The notes: generated by a model not told the origin, from the letters alone. A DNA stretch of 61,645 nt from Candidatus Poseidoniaceae archaeon (GCA_965662895.1 CBFIJH010000013.1:1-61645); one strand, 5' to 3'; shown: positions 9,018-18,334, counted from the stretch's first letter. Made by a program: numbers and translations.

Positions 9018-9976
9018 TGCCAGATATCATCGAATTGGACAAGGAAGCAAAGACCGACGATGCTATCGGCGCATACCCAGATCAGAAGACGATTGAACAA
9101 CGTCTTGAATCAGGTTTCTTTCTTCTCGATAAGGGGGCAGGTCCAACATCGCATCAAGTTGCTGCATGGGTGCGAGATATGCTTGAGTTGCCACGTCTTG
9201 GCCATGGTGGAACGCTCGACCCATTTGCAACGGGTGTTCTTCCTCTTATGGCTGGTAAATCCATGCGATTAACAAAACAAATTCTTGAGCATAACAAGAC
9301 CTACATTGCAGTTTTTCGTTTCAAGAACGAAGTTGAGCCTGATGCGTTGAGTACTGTTATGGAACAATTGACTGGACGAATCTACAACGTTCCACCAGAA
9401 ATATCCGCTGTTCGTGTCCAAGTTCGCACAAGAAAGATACATGATTTCTCTCTTCTCGATCAGTCGTCAAAACACATCGTTGCCAGGATTCGATGTGAAG
9501 CCGGAACCTACATTCGTACCATGGCTCGAGACATGGGGTTGCTCTTGGATCAACCGGTTGAACTGAAGGAATTGCGTCGAGAGGATTCAGGTCGGTTCAA
9601 ACTTGAAGACTGCGTTCAACTCCACGAAATTGCGGATGCTATCTGGCTCTGGAAAGAATGCAACGATGGGGAAGCACTCTCTCGTATGCTTCATCCTACT
9701 GAGAAACTTCTCTTTGATTTACCACGCATCGTCGTCAAGGACAGTGCGGTAGCAGCACTCGCACATGGTGCGCCCCTGCTTCGGCCAGGTCTGGTCTCGA
9801 TACCCGATGATTTGTCATCTGGCCAGGATGTCCTCGTAACCAGCATCAAAGGCGAAGCTGTGTGCTTCGTCAAGGTGAACACTGACAGTGAAAGCATCAG
9901 CAAAATGGAACGAGGCGAAATCGCACGCCCATCAGCAGTACTGATGAACGATGATGTCTACCCTCGACGCTGGTGA
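9017..9976 (+). CDS. cbf5: RNA-guided pseudouridine synthase Cbf5 (TruB family, PUA domain)
   Basis: LDKGAGPTSHQV, GHGGTLDP, GTYIRT, VVKDSAV, YPRRW. Confidence 0.94.
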   Translation: MPDIIELDKEAKTDDAIGAYPDQKTIEQRLESGFFLLDKGAGPTSHQVAAWVRDMLELPRLGHGGTLDPFATGVLPLMAGKSMRLTKQILEHNKTYIAVFRFKNEVEPDALSTVMEQLTGRIYNVPPEISAVRVQVRTRKIHDFSLLDQSSKHIVARIRCEAGTYIRTMARDMGLLLDQPVELKELRREDSGRFKLEDCVQLHEIADAIWLWKECNDGEALSRMLHPTEKLLFDLPRIVVKDSAVAALAHGAPLLRPGLVSIPDDLSSGQDVLVTSIKGEAVCFVKVNTDSESISKMERGEIARPSAVLMNDDVYPRRW

Positions 9977-10042
9977 TCACGCTTCAAAGTACTCTTCGTA
10001 GATGAACTCCTCTGTTTCTATTCGTATTTTCAATTCTGACAT
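9977..10042 (-). CDS. candidate 21-aa acidic micro-protein MSELKIRIETEEFIYEEYFEA
   Basis: GGGGA SD-like sequence just upstream; TTGATAA box at 10119-10125; stop abuts the cbf5 stop. Confidence 0.35.
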   Translation of the reverse strand: MSELKIRIETEEFIYEEYFEA

Positions 10043-10183
10043 GTCCCCACATCCGTTCCATCAGCATGGCTGAACGACCCCCACAGTCTTGGAACAGTTC
10101 GACCAAAAATTCTCACCGTTATCAATGTTCATGTCGATTTCAGCATTATCCGACAAAGGGAGAGCGATTTGCACTTGGATTCG

Positions 10184-10801
10184 TTAGCCAAACACAACAG
10201 GCTCATCGTTCTCATGCCACTGTGGATGTTTGACCATGCAATTTCGAAACGTTTCGCCTTCCAAGATCTCAGCAAGCCAGCGGTGAAGATGCGGGTATGG
10301 TAATGCATCAAACCACGTCCGATCCGTATTTGCAAACTGTCGGACAAACGGAGCAAGTGCATAGTCAGCAATTGTGCATGCATCACCACAAAGGAATGCA
10401 GTTGTGGATAACCGTTGATTGTAATGCTCAAGAAATTCTACCACATGACTGCGATGTTGTTCAGGCTTTAGCGGATCTTCGTACCGATTGTTGTACTTGT
10501 AACGATCCAGATGATGCTTGAAATCACCATCGTTCCCGTCAACCAAATTCTCCCAATCTCCAACCAACAAGGATTCGTCGAGTGCCCATAGCATGATGTC
10601 CATGCTCTCTTCGAGGACTGTTCCATCAGGTAAGAGAAGAACGGGTACAGTCCCTTTGGGAGATATTTCCATCATATGTTTTGGGCGATCACGCAATACA
10701 ACTTCTCGAAGTTCAACCTGAAGATTTGCGAGCAACAAAGCCATTCGTGCTCGCATTGCATAGGGACAACGCCGAAAACTGTACAGAATCGGTAACGTCA
10801 T
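10184..10801 (-). CDS. glutathione S-transferase family protein
   Basis: LYSFRRCPYAMRAR, ISPKGTVPVL, EESMDIM, FKHHLDRYKY, PFVRQFA. Confidence 0.92.
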   Translation of the reverse strand: MTLPILYSFRRCPYAMRARMALLLANLQVELREVVLRDRPKHMMEISPKGTVPVLLLPDGTVLEESMDIMLWALDESLLVGDWENLVDGNDGDFKHHLDRYKYNNRYEDPLKPEQHRSHVVEFLEHYNQRLSTTAFLCGDACTIADYALAPFVRQFANTDRTWFDALPYPHLHRWLAEILEGETFRNCMVKHPQWHENDEPVVFG

Positions 10802-10805
10802 GAAA

Positions 10806-13229
10806 TCACTCGTACTTTCTGATTTTTGCAGGAGCAAAGGCTCTGAAGGCTAAGAGAATAAGAACGAGTGCGACGAGGCTGCCCACATAGATGGTCGTCG
10901 TCGAAACTCCCGAACCCTTCTCATCTTGAATCGATACTTCGGGTTCGACAAGCGTCAACGAGACACCCAACTCGTTGTTCGATTCGTTTCGCTCGTCGAT
11001 GACTTGTCCACCATCAACAATTGCATCCACCGTTAAGAAATCGCCAAGAACTGGGGTTTGAAACGAACATTCAGCCACAGCAATCTCACCAGGGCCAAGT
11101 GTTGGAATGCTGGCAATATCTGCTGTTTGCCCGTTGATTGTGCACCGTATTGTAATCATCTCAGCAGATGCAAAACCATAGTTTCCAACATAGACCCGGG
11201 CTTTCAAGAACTGACCGTTTTCTACTTCAGAAGACTCCGTGAAGGCACCATTTGAATCGTCTCCAACCACGAGGTCGGTCACCTCAAGGTCCGGAAGAGA
11301 GACAACGTGCAAATCCAGTACTCGCTCGCTGCATGATGTTGAATCACAAAGTGTGAGGAGGACCGAGGTATAGCCAGGAGTTGGAGCGTCAATTGTCAAC
11401 GTTTCATCTCCAAGATTCACGTCGACCCAAGAACGATTTGAAGTCATGGTCATATCCGAAGCAGCACTATCAACATCGGTCCACGCAAATGGGATCGATG
11501 TTTCAAGGGCATGCTCAACTTGAACCATTGAAGGGAATTCGTTCAAAACAGGTTGATCATCCACAGATGCAACAAAAACATTGAAGATTTCCGTATGCAT
11601 GTTCCCTGATGCATCGGAAACGGTCATGGTGATTTGAGAAGCACCGGATTGTTCAGAGATTAAGGAGATACGAACCTCGCCTTGATCAAGTGAAACATCA
11701 ACGATGTCAGGTTGAGAATTTTCGAAATTCACAACAAGGTCCTCAGCAAGACCACGATCGTCCGTGCAACGCGTAAGAAGAGGTACAAACAACCCACCTC
11801 CATCCTCCGTGAGATATTGATCTCCAATAAGCTGGCAAGTCGGATCTTCATCGTACAAAATATCGTACCCACCATTCATTTCTATAGAATTAATTTCCAA
11901 GGCAGTCGTGCTCGCACTCCCATCGGAATCCCACGTGAACCACGTCTTGATGGTCACCTCGACATCCGTGGTTGGCTCTAAAAATGCATGACCAATCGGA
12001 ATTTGATGTGAGAATTGTCCTAATGCAACAGGAAGATTGGCGACTGTGACATCGTTCACAGTAATGGTCCATCGAGAGAGAGTGGCATTGATTCCCAAGG
12101 CATCACCGTAAATTCTCCCATTGACGGTTAACGTTGGATCGTTCACATCAATATGCACCGACACAATGCAAGCAACATCTGTGGAAAGCCGTACTTGGAC
12201 AAATCCAACATCTGGCAAGACTTCTCCATCATAGGATGAAAAACTGCTAAATGATTCCCCATCCGTTGAAGTTGCATATTGAACACTCACGTTTCCTTCA
12301 GTTCCTGTCGTATTCACAGTGTAATGAATTCGGCCGAACGATTGTTCGGGTGGAACCGCAACAGGCTCACTCGTCCAAGTTCCAATCGTTTGTCCGTCAA
12401 TCGACTCTAAACCACAGATTGACAAACCAATTCCGTTGTAATCACCATAGTTCAGGTCAAGATCGAGCACCGGGAGGTCATGACCAGTTGCGATCGATGT
12501 TGCACGGCCTACTTCACCACCGTACCATGGCGTCTCCATTGTCACCTCAATACCAATGGCGTCGAGTTCCAATCGAGCATCATCCGTTTGGCCGACGGAT
12601 ACATAATCCATTGTGAATTTGGATGTTTCCAACATCGACCATGTCCATGATTCAATGCTTGATACGTCGAGGCTGAACGCGGTTCCGTTGATGTAATCAA
12701 TCGGACCACCAGTGTTTGACCAGGTGCGAAGAATTTCTGATCCATTGGACCAATCCATGGATAGTCGTACCGAATCGATCAACAATGCATCTGTAATCTT
12801 GAATGCAAGAACGACCCGAACCTCCGTGATGACATATTGTGTCGATGAGGTGACATCGAAGTTTTGAACGCTCATTACAGGTCCTGTCGACCACATGAAC
12901 AAACCGTCAGGCGCACCGATGACATTCTCAGATTCAGAAGGACTCGTCAACCCCCAATAGGTGAGCATGTCCGTGTTTTGCGGTCGCTGATGAACCATAG
13001 TAATTCGTTGATCGGCGACCATCGATTCCGTGTAATCAGCTGCATCGGATGTGAACGATGTTGTAGCATCTGTTGACCAAAGATTCGGATTTGTCAAGTC
13101 GCCTTGTGGAAACAGATCGTAGTCTGAAGTCGCATACACAGAACGTGCAGAAGCAGTCGACAAGAAGGGTGAACAAACCGCGAACCCCATGATAAAAAAT
13201 AAGAATGTTGCATTCCACTTCCGTCGCAT
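10806..13229 (-). CDS. secreted/surface protein with cadherin-like and CARDB domains and C-terminal TM anchor
   Basis: Signal peptide MRRKWNATFLFF..., VDDQPV, LPDLEV...VIDERNESNN, hydrophobic C-terminus. Confidence 0.8.
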   Translation of the reverse strand: MRRKWNATFLFFIMGFAVCSPFLSTASARSVYATSDYDLFPQGDLTNPNLWSTDATTSFTSDAADYTESMVADQRITMVHQRPQNTDMLTYWGLTSPSESENVIGAPDGLFMWSTGPVMSVQNFDVTSSTQYVITEVRVVLAFKITDALLIDSVRLSMDWSNGSEILRTWSNTGGPIDYINGTAFSLDVSSIESWTWSMLETSKFTMDYVSVGQTDDARLELDAIGIEVTMETPWYGGEVGRATSIATGHDLPVLDLDLNYGDYNGIGLSICGLESIDGQTIGTWTSEPVAVPPEQSFGRIHYTVNTTGTEGNVSVQYATSTDGESFSSFSSYDGEVLPDVGFVQVRLSTDVACIVSVHIDVNDPTLTVNGRIYGDALGINATLSRWTITVNDVTVANLPVALGQFSHQIPIGHAFLEPTTDVEVTIKTWFTWDSDGSASTTALEINSIEMNGGYDILYDEDPTCQLIGDQYLTEDGGGLFVPLLTRCTDDRGLAEDLVVNFENSQPDIVDVSLDQGEVRISLISEQSGASQITMTVSDASGNMHTEIFNVFVASVDDQPVLNEFPSMVQVEHALETSIPFAWTDVDSAASDMTMTSNRSWVDVNLGDETLTIDAPTPGYTSVLLTLCDSTSCSERVLDLHVVSLPDLEVTDLVVGDDSNGAFTESSEVENGQFLKARVYVGNYGFASAEMITIRCTINGQTADIASIPTLGPGEIAVAECSFQTPVLGDFLTVDAIVDGGQVIDERNESNNELGVSLTLVEPEVSIQDEKGSGVSTTTIYVGSLVALVLILLAFRAFAPAKIRKYE

Positions 13230-13324
13230 GAGCATTGGAGCGGGTGGTACCATTTCAAACAACGGGTTTCTTGAACCAACGACGTATTGTTGAAATACCA
13301 CGCCCATGACGGACAACTCCCCAT

Positions 13325-13400
13325 GGCTGTGGTGGTGTAGGGGTTAGCACGGCAGATTGTGGTTCTGCCAGCCCGGGTTCAATTCCCGGCCACGGCCCCA
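13325..13400 (+). tRNA. tRNA-His(GTG) with encoded G-1 and CCA
   Basis: G-GCTGTGG...GCAGA-TT-GTG-GT-TCTGC...GGTTCAATTCCCGG-CCACGGC-C-CCA. Confidence 0.96.
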
Positions 13401-14003
13401 TTATTCCAATTCTCTCGAGTCGATGGTGTGTCCCATACGTTCAACCTTGGTTTGCAAGTACTGCAGGTTATCCTCACCAACGCCTGCAATCAAAGGAACC
13501 GTGTTTGAGACAACGATGCCGTGTTCCTGAAGTTGGTTCACTTTGTCGGGGTTGTTCGTCAAAAGAGCGACTTCCTTAATTCCAAGGTCTTCAAGCATCG
13601 TCGCTGCAATTTTGTAATCCCTTCCATCGGCAGGGTGGCCTAAAATCAGATTGGCATCAAGTGTATCAGCACCTTGATCTTGCAAGTGATAGGCCTGAAT
13701 TTTAGCATGCAATCCGATACCACGGCCTTCTTGGCGGAGATAAAGCAAACATCCCCAGCCATTGTCAACTATGGCTTTCAAGGCTGCATCAAGTTGTGGA
13801 CCGCAATCGCAACGAAGAGAAGAAAAAGCGTCACCTGTAAGACATTCGGAATGAACACGCATGAGGACTGGGTCCGGCCCTTCCATTGAACCGAGCATCA
13901 AAGCGACATGGTCGAGTCCCGTCTCTTCCTCATGGTAAACATGAATGTCAAACTGGCCCCATTTTGTTGGGAGTTTTGCAACACTTGGGACATCGTTACT
14001 CAT
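13401..14003 (-). CDS. ribA: GTP cyclohydrolase II
   Basis: RVHSECLTGD, RCDCGPQL, QEGRGIGL, LLTNNPDK. Confidence 0.96.
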   Translation of the reverse strand: MSNDVPSVAKLPTKWGQFDIHVYHEEETGLDHVALMLGSMEGPDPVLMRVHSECLTGDAFSSLRCDCGPQLDAALKAIVDNGWGCLLYLRQEGRGIGLHAKIQAYHLQDQGADTLDANLILGHPADGRDYKIAATMLEDLGIKEVALLTNNPDKVNQLQEHGIVVSNTVPLIAGVGEDNLQYLQTKVERMGHTIDSRELE

Positions 14004-14244
14004 CTGCTTTCACCTCAATGAGAAACATGTACTCGCCTTCGTTTGATTCTACAGAAAGAAGTTCATGAGGTGTTCGGCCAAGCATCAAGGGGATGTCATG
14101 AAGTGTTTCAGGATCACTTGCAAGCACTTGCAAAACAGAACCTACCTCCATGGTCGACAATGCCTGTTTTGCCTCAGCTACCGGAACTGGGCAAAAAAAA
14201 CCGAGAACATCAAGAAGATGCGTTGCACCCTTGCTCTCGACCAT
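13996..14244 (-). CDS. TusA/SirA-family sulfur carrier
   Basis: LDVLGFFCPVP, VLASDP...DIP. Confidence 0.88.
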   Translation of the reverse strand: MVESKGATHLLDVLGFFCPVPVAEAKQALSTMEVGSVLQVLASDPETLHDIPLMLGRTPHELLSVESNEGEYMFLIEVKADE

Positions 14245-14338
14245 GGTTGGTTGTCAATCCCCTGCTTTTTGAAGACATCCACGTTTGAAGCTCGTTTGAC
14301 GCAACACGTTGAAGAAGACCAAGGACAACCACGACTCA

Positions 14339-15391
14339 ATGGGTGAAGCCGCTTCGTCGAAAGCAAGCGATGACATGAGTTGGGGTGAAGTCGCTCAACT
14401 CGGTCTTCGCTACGGTAAAATCCCACTTGCTCTTGTTGCTGTGGAAGCATTGTACTGGTTCATTACACAACCTTCCGACACACTCGCCTTCATTCAGGTC
14501 ACTGAGGCGTACGTTTGGAACGAGGTGACACAACTGATGTTTGGTGAAGGCGCCTCGACTTTGAGTACACACAACGGTTGGATGACGAGGATTGATTTCT
14601 ATCATGAATCGTTTCCTGGTCCATTGGATTCGGTTGGCCTCTACGTATCCGATGAATGTGCAGGCGTTCACGAGATGATCTTCCTCTCAACACTGGTCCT
14701 CATGACGGATGGCGTCACACAACGAGAGAAATTCAAGGCTGTTGCCGTTCTATGTGGGATTGTCTATGTGTTGAACATTGTACGTCTTGTTGCATTTTAT
14801 CCAATTGCAGTTGAGGGATGCCTTGCAAATCCAAACCAGCCTGATTGTCTGAATGGGATGTGGAATTTCCACACCTTCGTGTACCAATGGGGGTTCCTTG
14901 TTGTTCTGTTGATCATGTGGCTGGTTTGGTTTCGATATGTTGGGGGTGCATCGAGAACAATGAAGGCATCCCAAGAAGAAAAGGAACAATGGCGAATTGT
15001 TCTTCGAAAGCGTTGGGAAAACAAACACGTTGCTTTCGTTGGCCTCATGGTCGCATTTTTCGGAATCGCATGGTTCTGGGTGGAAGGGAATTCAACAGCC
15101 ATGGATGCCAAGAATGTGATCGACTTCTGTGCATTCAGTGATTTAACAACACCAAACTGTTACGAGGCCCAAAATACATGGGACAATGCCATCCAGGGCG
15201 CATGGTCGTTCGCAGTTCTCGGACTTCTCATAGGCACACTTGGATTGTATGAAATTGAACGAAAAGATGAGAGCGGTCAATGGCCGACAAGAGCAATCGA
15301 GACAAAACCAAATGTTGCCGAATCAAAGAGTGTGAAACAAAAGCCACAAGGCTCTTGGAGAAAGCGAAATTTGAATGCAGAAGAAGAGTAA
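14339..15391 (+). CDS. archaeosortase/exosortase family membrane transpeptidase
   Basis: Catalytic triad pattern VSDECAG, LNIVR, FH in a multi-TM protein. Confidence 0.85.
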   Translation: MGEAASSKASDDMSWGEVAQLGLRYGKIPLALVAVEALYWFITQPSDTLAFIQVTEAYVWNEVTQLMFGEGASTLSTHNGWMTRIDFYHESFPGPLDSVGLYVSDECAGVHEMIFLSTLVLMTDGVTQREKFKAVAVLCGIVYVLNIVRLVAFYPIAVEGCLANPNQPDCLNGMWNFHTFVYQWGFLVVLLIMWLVWFRYVGGASRTMKASQEEKEQWRIVLRKRWENKHVAFVGLMVAFFGIAWFWVEGNSTAMDAKNVIDFCAFSDLTTPNCYEAQNTWDNAIQGAWSFAVLGLLIGTLGLYEIERKDESGQWPTRAIETKPNVAESKSVKQKPQGSWRKRNLNAEEE

Positions 15392-16807
15392 TCACAGAAC
15401 TTCTGCTTCGATCATATCGGAGCCAAATGGATGCGCTTGAATCGCTTTCATTGCAAGACCCAACTTACTGATGTGAATCGCAACGAGTGTTGATTCTCCT
15501 TCATACCGGACATCACCGATGGCGAGGGGATTGCAGCGAAGATGTTGTTCAAACCAATTCGCAATTTGCAGTGGTGTGCCAAGCGTCGATGAATCTGCGT
15601 TCAATCGGATGCTAACGAAACCATACACGTCAGCGTTCTCACCGTAATCGTCTTGTTTGCGAACAGGATCTTTGTCAACACCATCGGGGAGGTCTGGAGC
15701 ATCAGAATCTGCAACTGAAAGGTTGTACGTTGCAATGATTTTGCTCATTTGCGGTGCATCATCTTTGGAGACGAGGCTCCATGCCTCTCCATGTCGCCCA
15801 ATTCGACCCGTACGTCCAATTCGATGAATAAAGGAGTCCATGTCGGAAGGAACATCGTAATTGACAACCAAGGTAATTCCATCAATGTCAATTCCCCGTG
15901 CAGCCACATCGGTCGCTACGATGGTGCGAACATTACCATCTCGGAATTTATCAAGAATCCTTTCGCGCTGGTTTTGTTTGAGATCACCATGCAAACCTGC
16001 AATATCAAAACGGTGCTTTTGCAAGCGTTGAACTGCCAAGTCCACCATACGTTTTGTATTGCAGAAGATGATGCACTGGTCATCATCATCCATTCGAATC
16101 AAAAGACGCCCAAGTGCCCAGAGTTTGTTCGCACGCCCAATCGAAATTTTGTACAAATCGATTGGGGGAACGTCAAGTTCTTCTTCATTAGTGAGAACGA
16201 ATTCAGGGTTGCTCGTGAATTCGTTTGCTGCGTCCAAAATTTCTTGTGGAAACGTAGCAGAAAACAACAGCGTTTGTTGGCGTGATGTCGTTCGCTCAAG
16301 AATCCACAGGATATCTGGAAGAAAACCCATGTCAAGCATTCGGTCAGCCTCATCGAGACAGAACACTTCAACCTTCGATAAGTCAAGGTGGCCTCGCTCC
16401 GACATGTCCATGACACGTCCTGGAGTTCCGACAATGATATCCACACCGGAATCAAGACCTCGAGCTTGTTTCTCAAGATCGGTCCCCCCGTAAACAGTCA
16501 TGATGCTTCGTTCCTCACCATCGAGAGTTGTCATCTCTTCAGCTACTTGCTGAGCAAGTTCTCGCGTTGGTGCCAAGACCAAGCCTTGGAGGCTTCCTGT
16601 TGGTTGACATCGTTCAAGAATTGGAATGCCGAACGCTGCTGTTTTGCCGGAACCTGTTCGAGCCTGTCCAATGACATCACGACCTGAGCGTGCAAGTGGA
16701 ATCGTGTCTCGCTGCACTTCAGTCAGATATTCCCAACCGAGCGAGTCAATACCTTGCTTGATTGAATCGGGTAGTTGAAGCGAATCGAATCGGGTTTTGG
16801 TGAACAT
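15392..16807 (-). CDS. DEAD-box RNA helicase
   Basis: Q motif, TGSGKT, PTRELA, TPGR, LDEAD, SAT, ARGID, HRIGRTGR. Confidence 0.96.
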   Translation of the reverse strand: MFTKTRFDSLQLPDSIKQGIDSLGWEYLTEVQRDTIPLARSGRDVIGQARTGSGKTAAFGIPILERCQPTGSLQGLVLAPTRELAQQVAEEMTTLDGEERSIMTVYGGTDLEKQARGLDSGVDIIVGTPGRVMDMSERGHLDLSKVEVFCLDEADRMLDMGFLPDILWILERTTSRQQTLLFSATFPQEILDAANEFTSNPEFVLTNEEELDVPPIDLYKISIGRANKLWALGRLLIRMDDDDQCIIFCNTKRMVDLAVQRLQKHRFDIAGLHGDLKQNQRERILDKFRDGNVRTIVATDVAARGIDIDGITLVVNYDVPSDMDSFIHRIGRTGRIGRHGEAWSLVSKDDAPQMSKIIATYNLSVADSDAPDLPDGVDKDPVRKQDDYGENADVYGFVSIRLNADSSTLGTPLQIANWFEQHLRCNPLAIGDVRYEGESTLVAIHISKLGLAMKAIQAHPFGSDMIEAEVL

Positions 16808-16811
16808 GTTG

Positions 16812-16855
16812 CTCCTTCCGTCTCATTTGTTCAGGCCACCGAGACGGAGGTGGCC
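16812..16855 (-). promoter_or_regulatory. H-type pseudoknot (or two-state switch) abutting the SD of the DEAD-box helicase
   Basis: mRNA: GGCCACC-TCCGTCTC-GGTGGCC-TGAACAAAT-GAGACGGA-AGGAG-CAAC-ATG; two perfect interleaved stems of 7 and 8 bp. Confidence 0.6.
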
Positions 16856-16865
16856 CCCACGCACA

Positions 16866-17069
16866 TCAGAAGTTGTCTCGATCCTTAATTTCCGCCTGAA
16901 GTTGGCCGAGCCAGTACTTCTTGGCATTGTCACGGTTAAGCGGTCGACGCATTTGTCGAACGTGCTCAAGGATGTATTGTCGGAATTTCAAAGCCTTTGT
17001 TCGGTTCACACCTTTTGGTGTAATTCCTTCCCAAAGTCGGTCGAACTGGAGTTCTTTATCGTCCATCAT
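16866..17069 (-). CDS. small hypothetical protein
   Basis: 67-aa helical ORF co-oriented with neighbours, GAGG SD upstream. Confidence 0.75.
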   Translation of the reverse strand: MMDDKELQFDRLWEGITPKGVNRTKALKFRQYILEHVRQMRRPLNRDNAKKYWLGQLQAEIKDRDNF

Positions 17070-17119
17070 GCAGAGACCTCGATGTCTTCCCGACCGAGCA
17101 CCCCCTCATAACCATGTCG

Positions 17120-18334
17120 TTAGGAGCTAAGGCGTTCATCATCAGGGTGTGCGTCAAGTAGCGGTACATCCACAGGAGCATTTTCGAGGCCAACTGCTTT
17201 TCCTTGCGCATGAGCAACCTCACGCTCGAGTGCAGGCACGGGCAATGCTGGCGAGAGGAAAGCGTTCTTTTCATCTTCGCTACCTTCAATCGAGGCATCG
17301 TAGGTCATTTCAGTCAACAATTTCTTCAAACCTGAATCGGTTTCACTTTGCAGTAATTCGGTCGCAACGATACGTAATTTGTCTTCAACCAACAACATCG
17401 GAAGCATCTCGATGCACGATCGGCGGACGACAACATTGCTATGACGCGCACCGTTCATGATAAGCGTACGAGCACGTGAATCGTCGGTATCCATGGAACG
17501 AATCGCCCGAAGTGCATTGTTGCGGACTTTTTCATCGGTGTCAAGTATGGCGCGCTCAGTGAGCATAATCGCAATGCGTGGTTCCTTCTTTGAGAGTGAC
17601 GCTAACGTTTGTGAAGCATTTCTACGCACTTCGGCATCCGCATCGTTCAAGGCCCATGAAATCAAATCCCATCCCATTGCTCCTGCACGTTGAACGATGT
17701 TTCGAAGCAGTTTCGAGGCTTTTCTACGAAGTCGCGCATCGTCGATCAAAAGCAATTCGTCGATGTGATCACAGACAACTTCGGGCCAGGTTTCAGTCAG
17801 CGCTTTCAAACCACGCCAAGCGGGCTCACTTCGCGCTGAAATCGATGATCGCAACTCTTGCGCAAGTGAACTGTCCACCCCGGATGGGAACGTAGGTGCT
17901 GCTTGCTCAAGGCAGGCACTTGCTGCTTTGCGAACCCCAACATCATCATCATCAAGAAGGACTGAGAGCCAGTCAAACAGTTCGTCGGAACGCTGCTCGG
18001 CGACTATAGGTAGCACCTCAAGTCCAGCGATACGGATTTTGGGTTCATCCGATTCAAGTGCTTGCAGGAGGCTATTGTGAGCTCGGTCAGCCCAAACTCC
18101 CTTCAAACGTCCAAGTCCAAGTATACCATCGACTCGAGTAAGCGCCAGCCTTTGCCCAGACCAATTCACCATAACCTTCTCGACCGTTCCGTTCGATAAG
18201 TCGAGAATCTCTTGACGAGTACACTCCATCCACGGCCCTGTTCGCTCCTTTTTGGTAGACTTACGAGCCTTTCGACCTCCCGTTGCGATGGGAAGACCCG
18301 TTCTTGGGTCACGTGCGATGTACTCACGAACCAT
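17120..18334 (-). CDS. HEAT-repeat (alpha-solenoid) protein
   Basis: Repeated LxD.d..VRxxA units (LLDDDDVGVRKAA, LNDADAEVRRNA, ILDTDEKVRNNA). Confidence 0.85.
   Translation of the reverse strand: MVREYIARDPRTGLPIATGGRKARKSTKKERTGPWMECTRQEILDLSNGTVEKVMVNWSGQRLALTRVDGILGLGRLKGVWADRAHNSLLQALESDEPKIRIAGLEVLPIVAEQRSDELFDWLSVLLDDDDVGVRKAASACLEQAAPTFPSGVDSSLAQELRSSISARSEPAWRGLKALTETWPEVVCDHIDELLLIDDARLRRKASKLLRNIVQRAGAMGWDLISWALNDADAEVRRNASQTLASLSKKEPRIAIMLTERAILDTDEKVRNNALRAIRSMDTDDSRARTLIMNGARHSNVVVRRSCIEMLPMLLVEDKLRIVATELLQSETDSGLKKLLTEMTYDASIEGSEDEKNAFLSPALPVPALEREVAHAQGKAVGLENAPVDVPLLDAHPDDERLSS

Noticed and set aside
9977-10132. In-frame TGA read-through ORF (..QPC*WNGC..) as a selenoprotein
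   Set aside because: No SECIS or Sec machinery seen; the upstream part is better explained as promoter and structured leader
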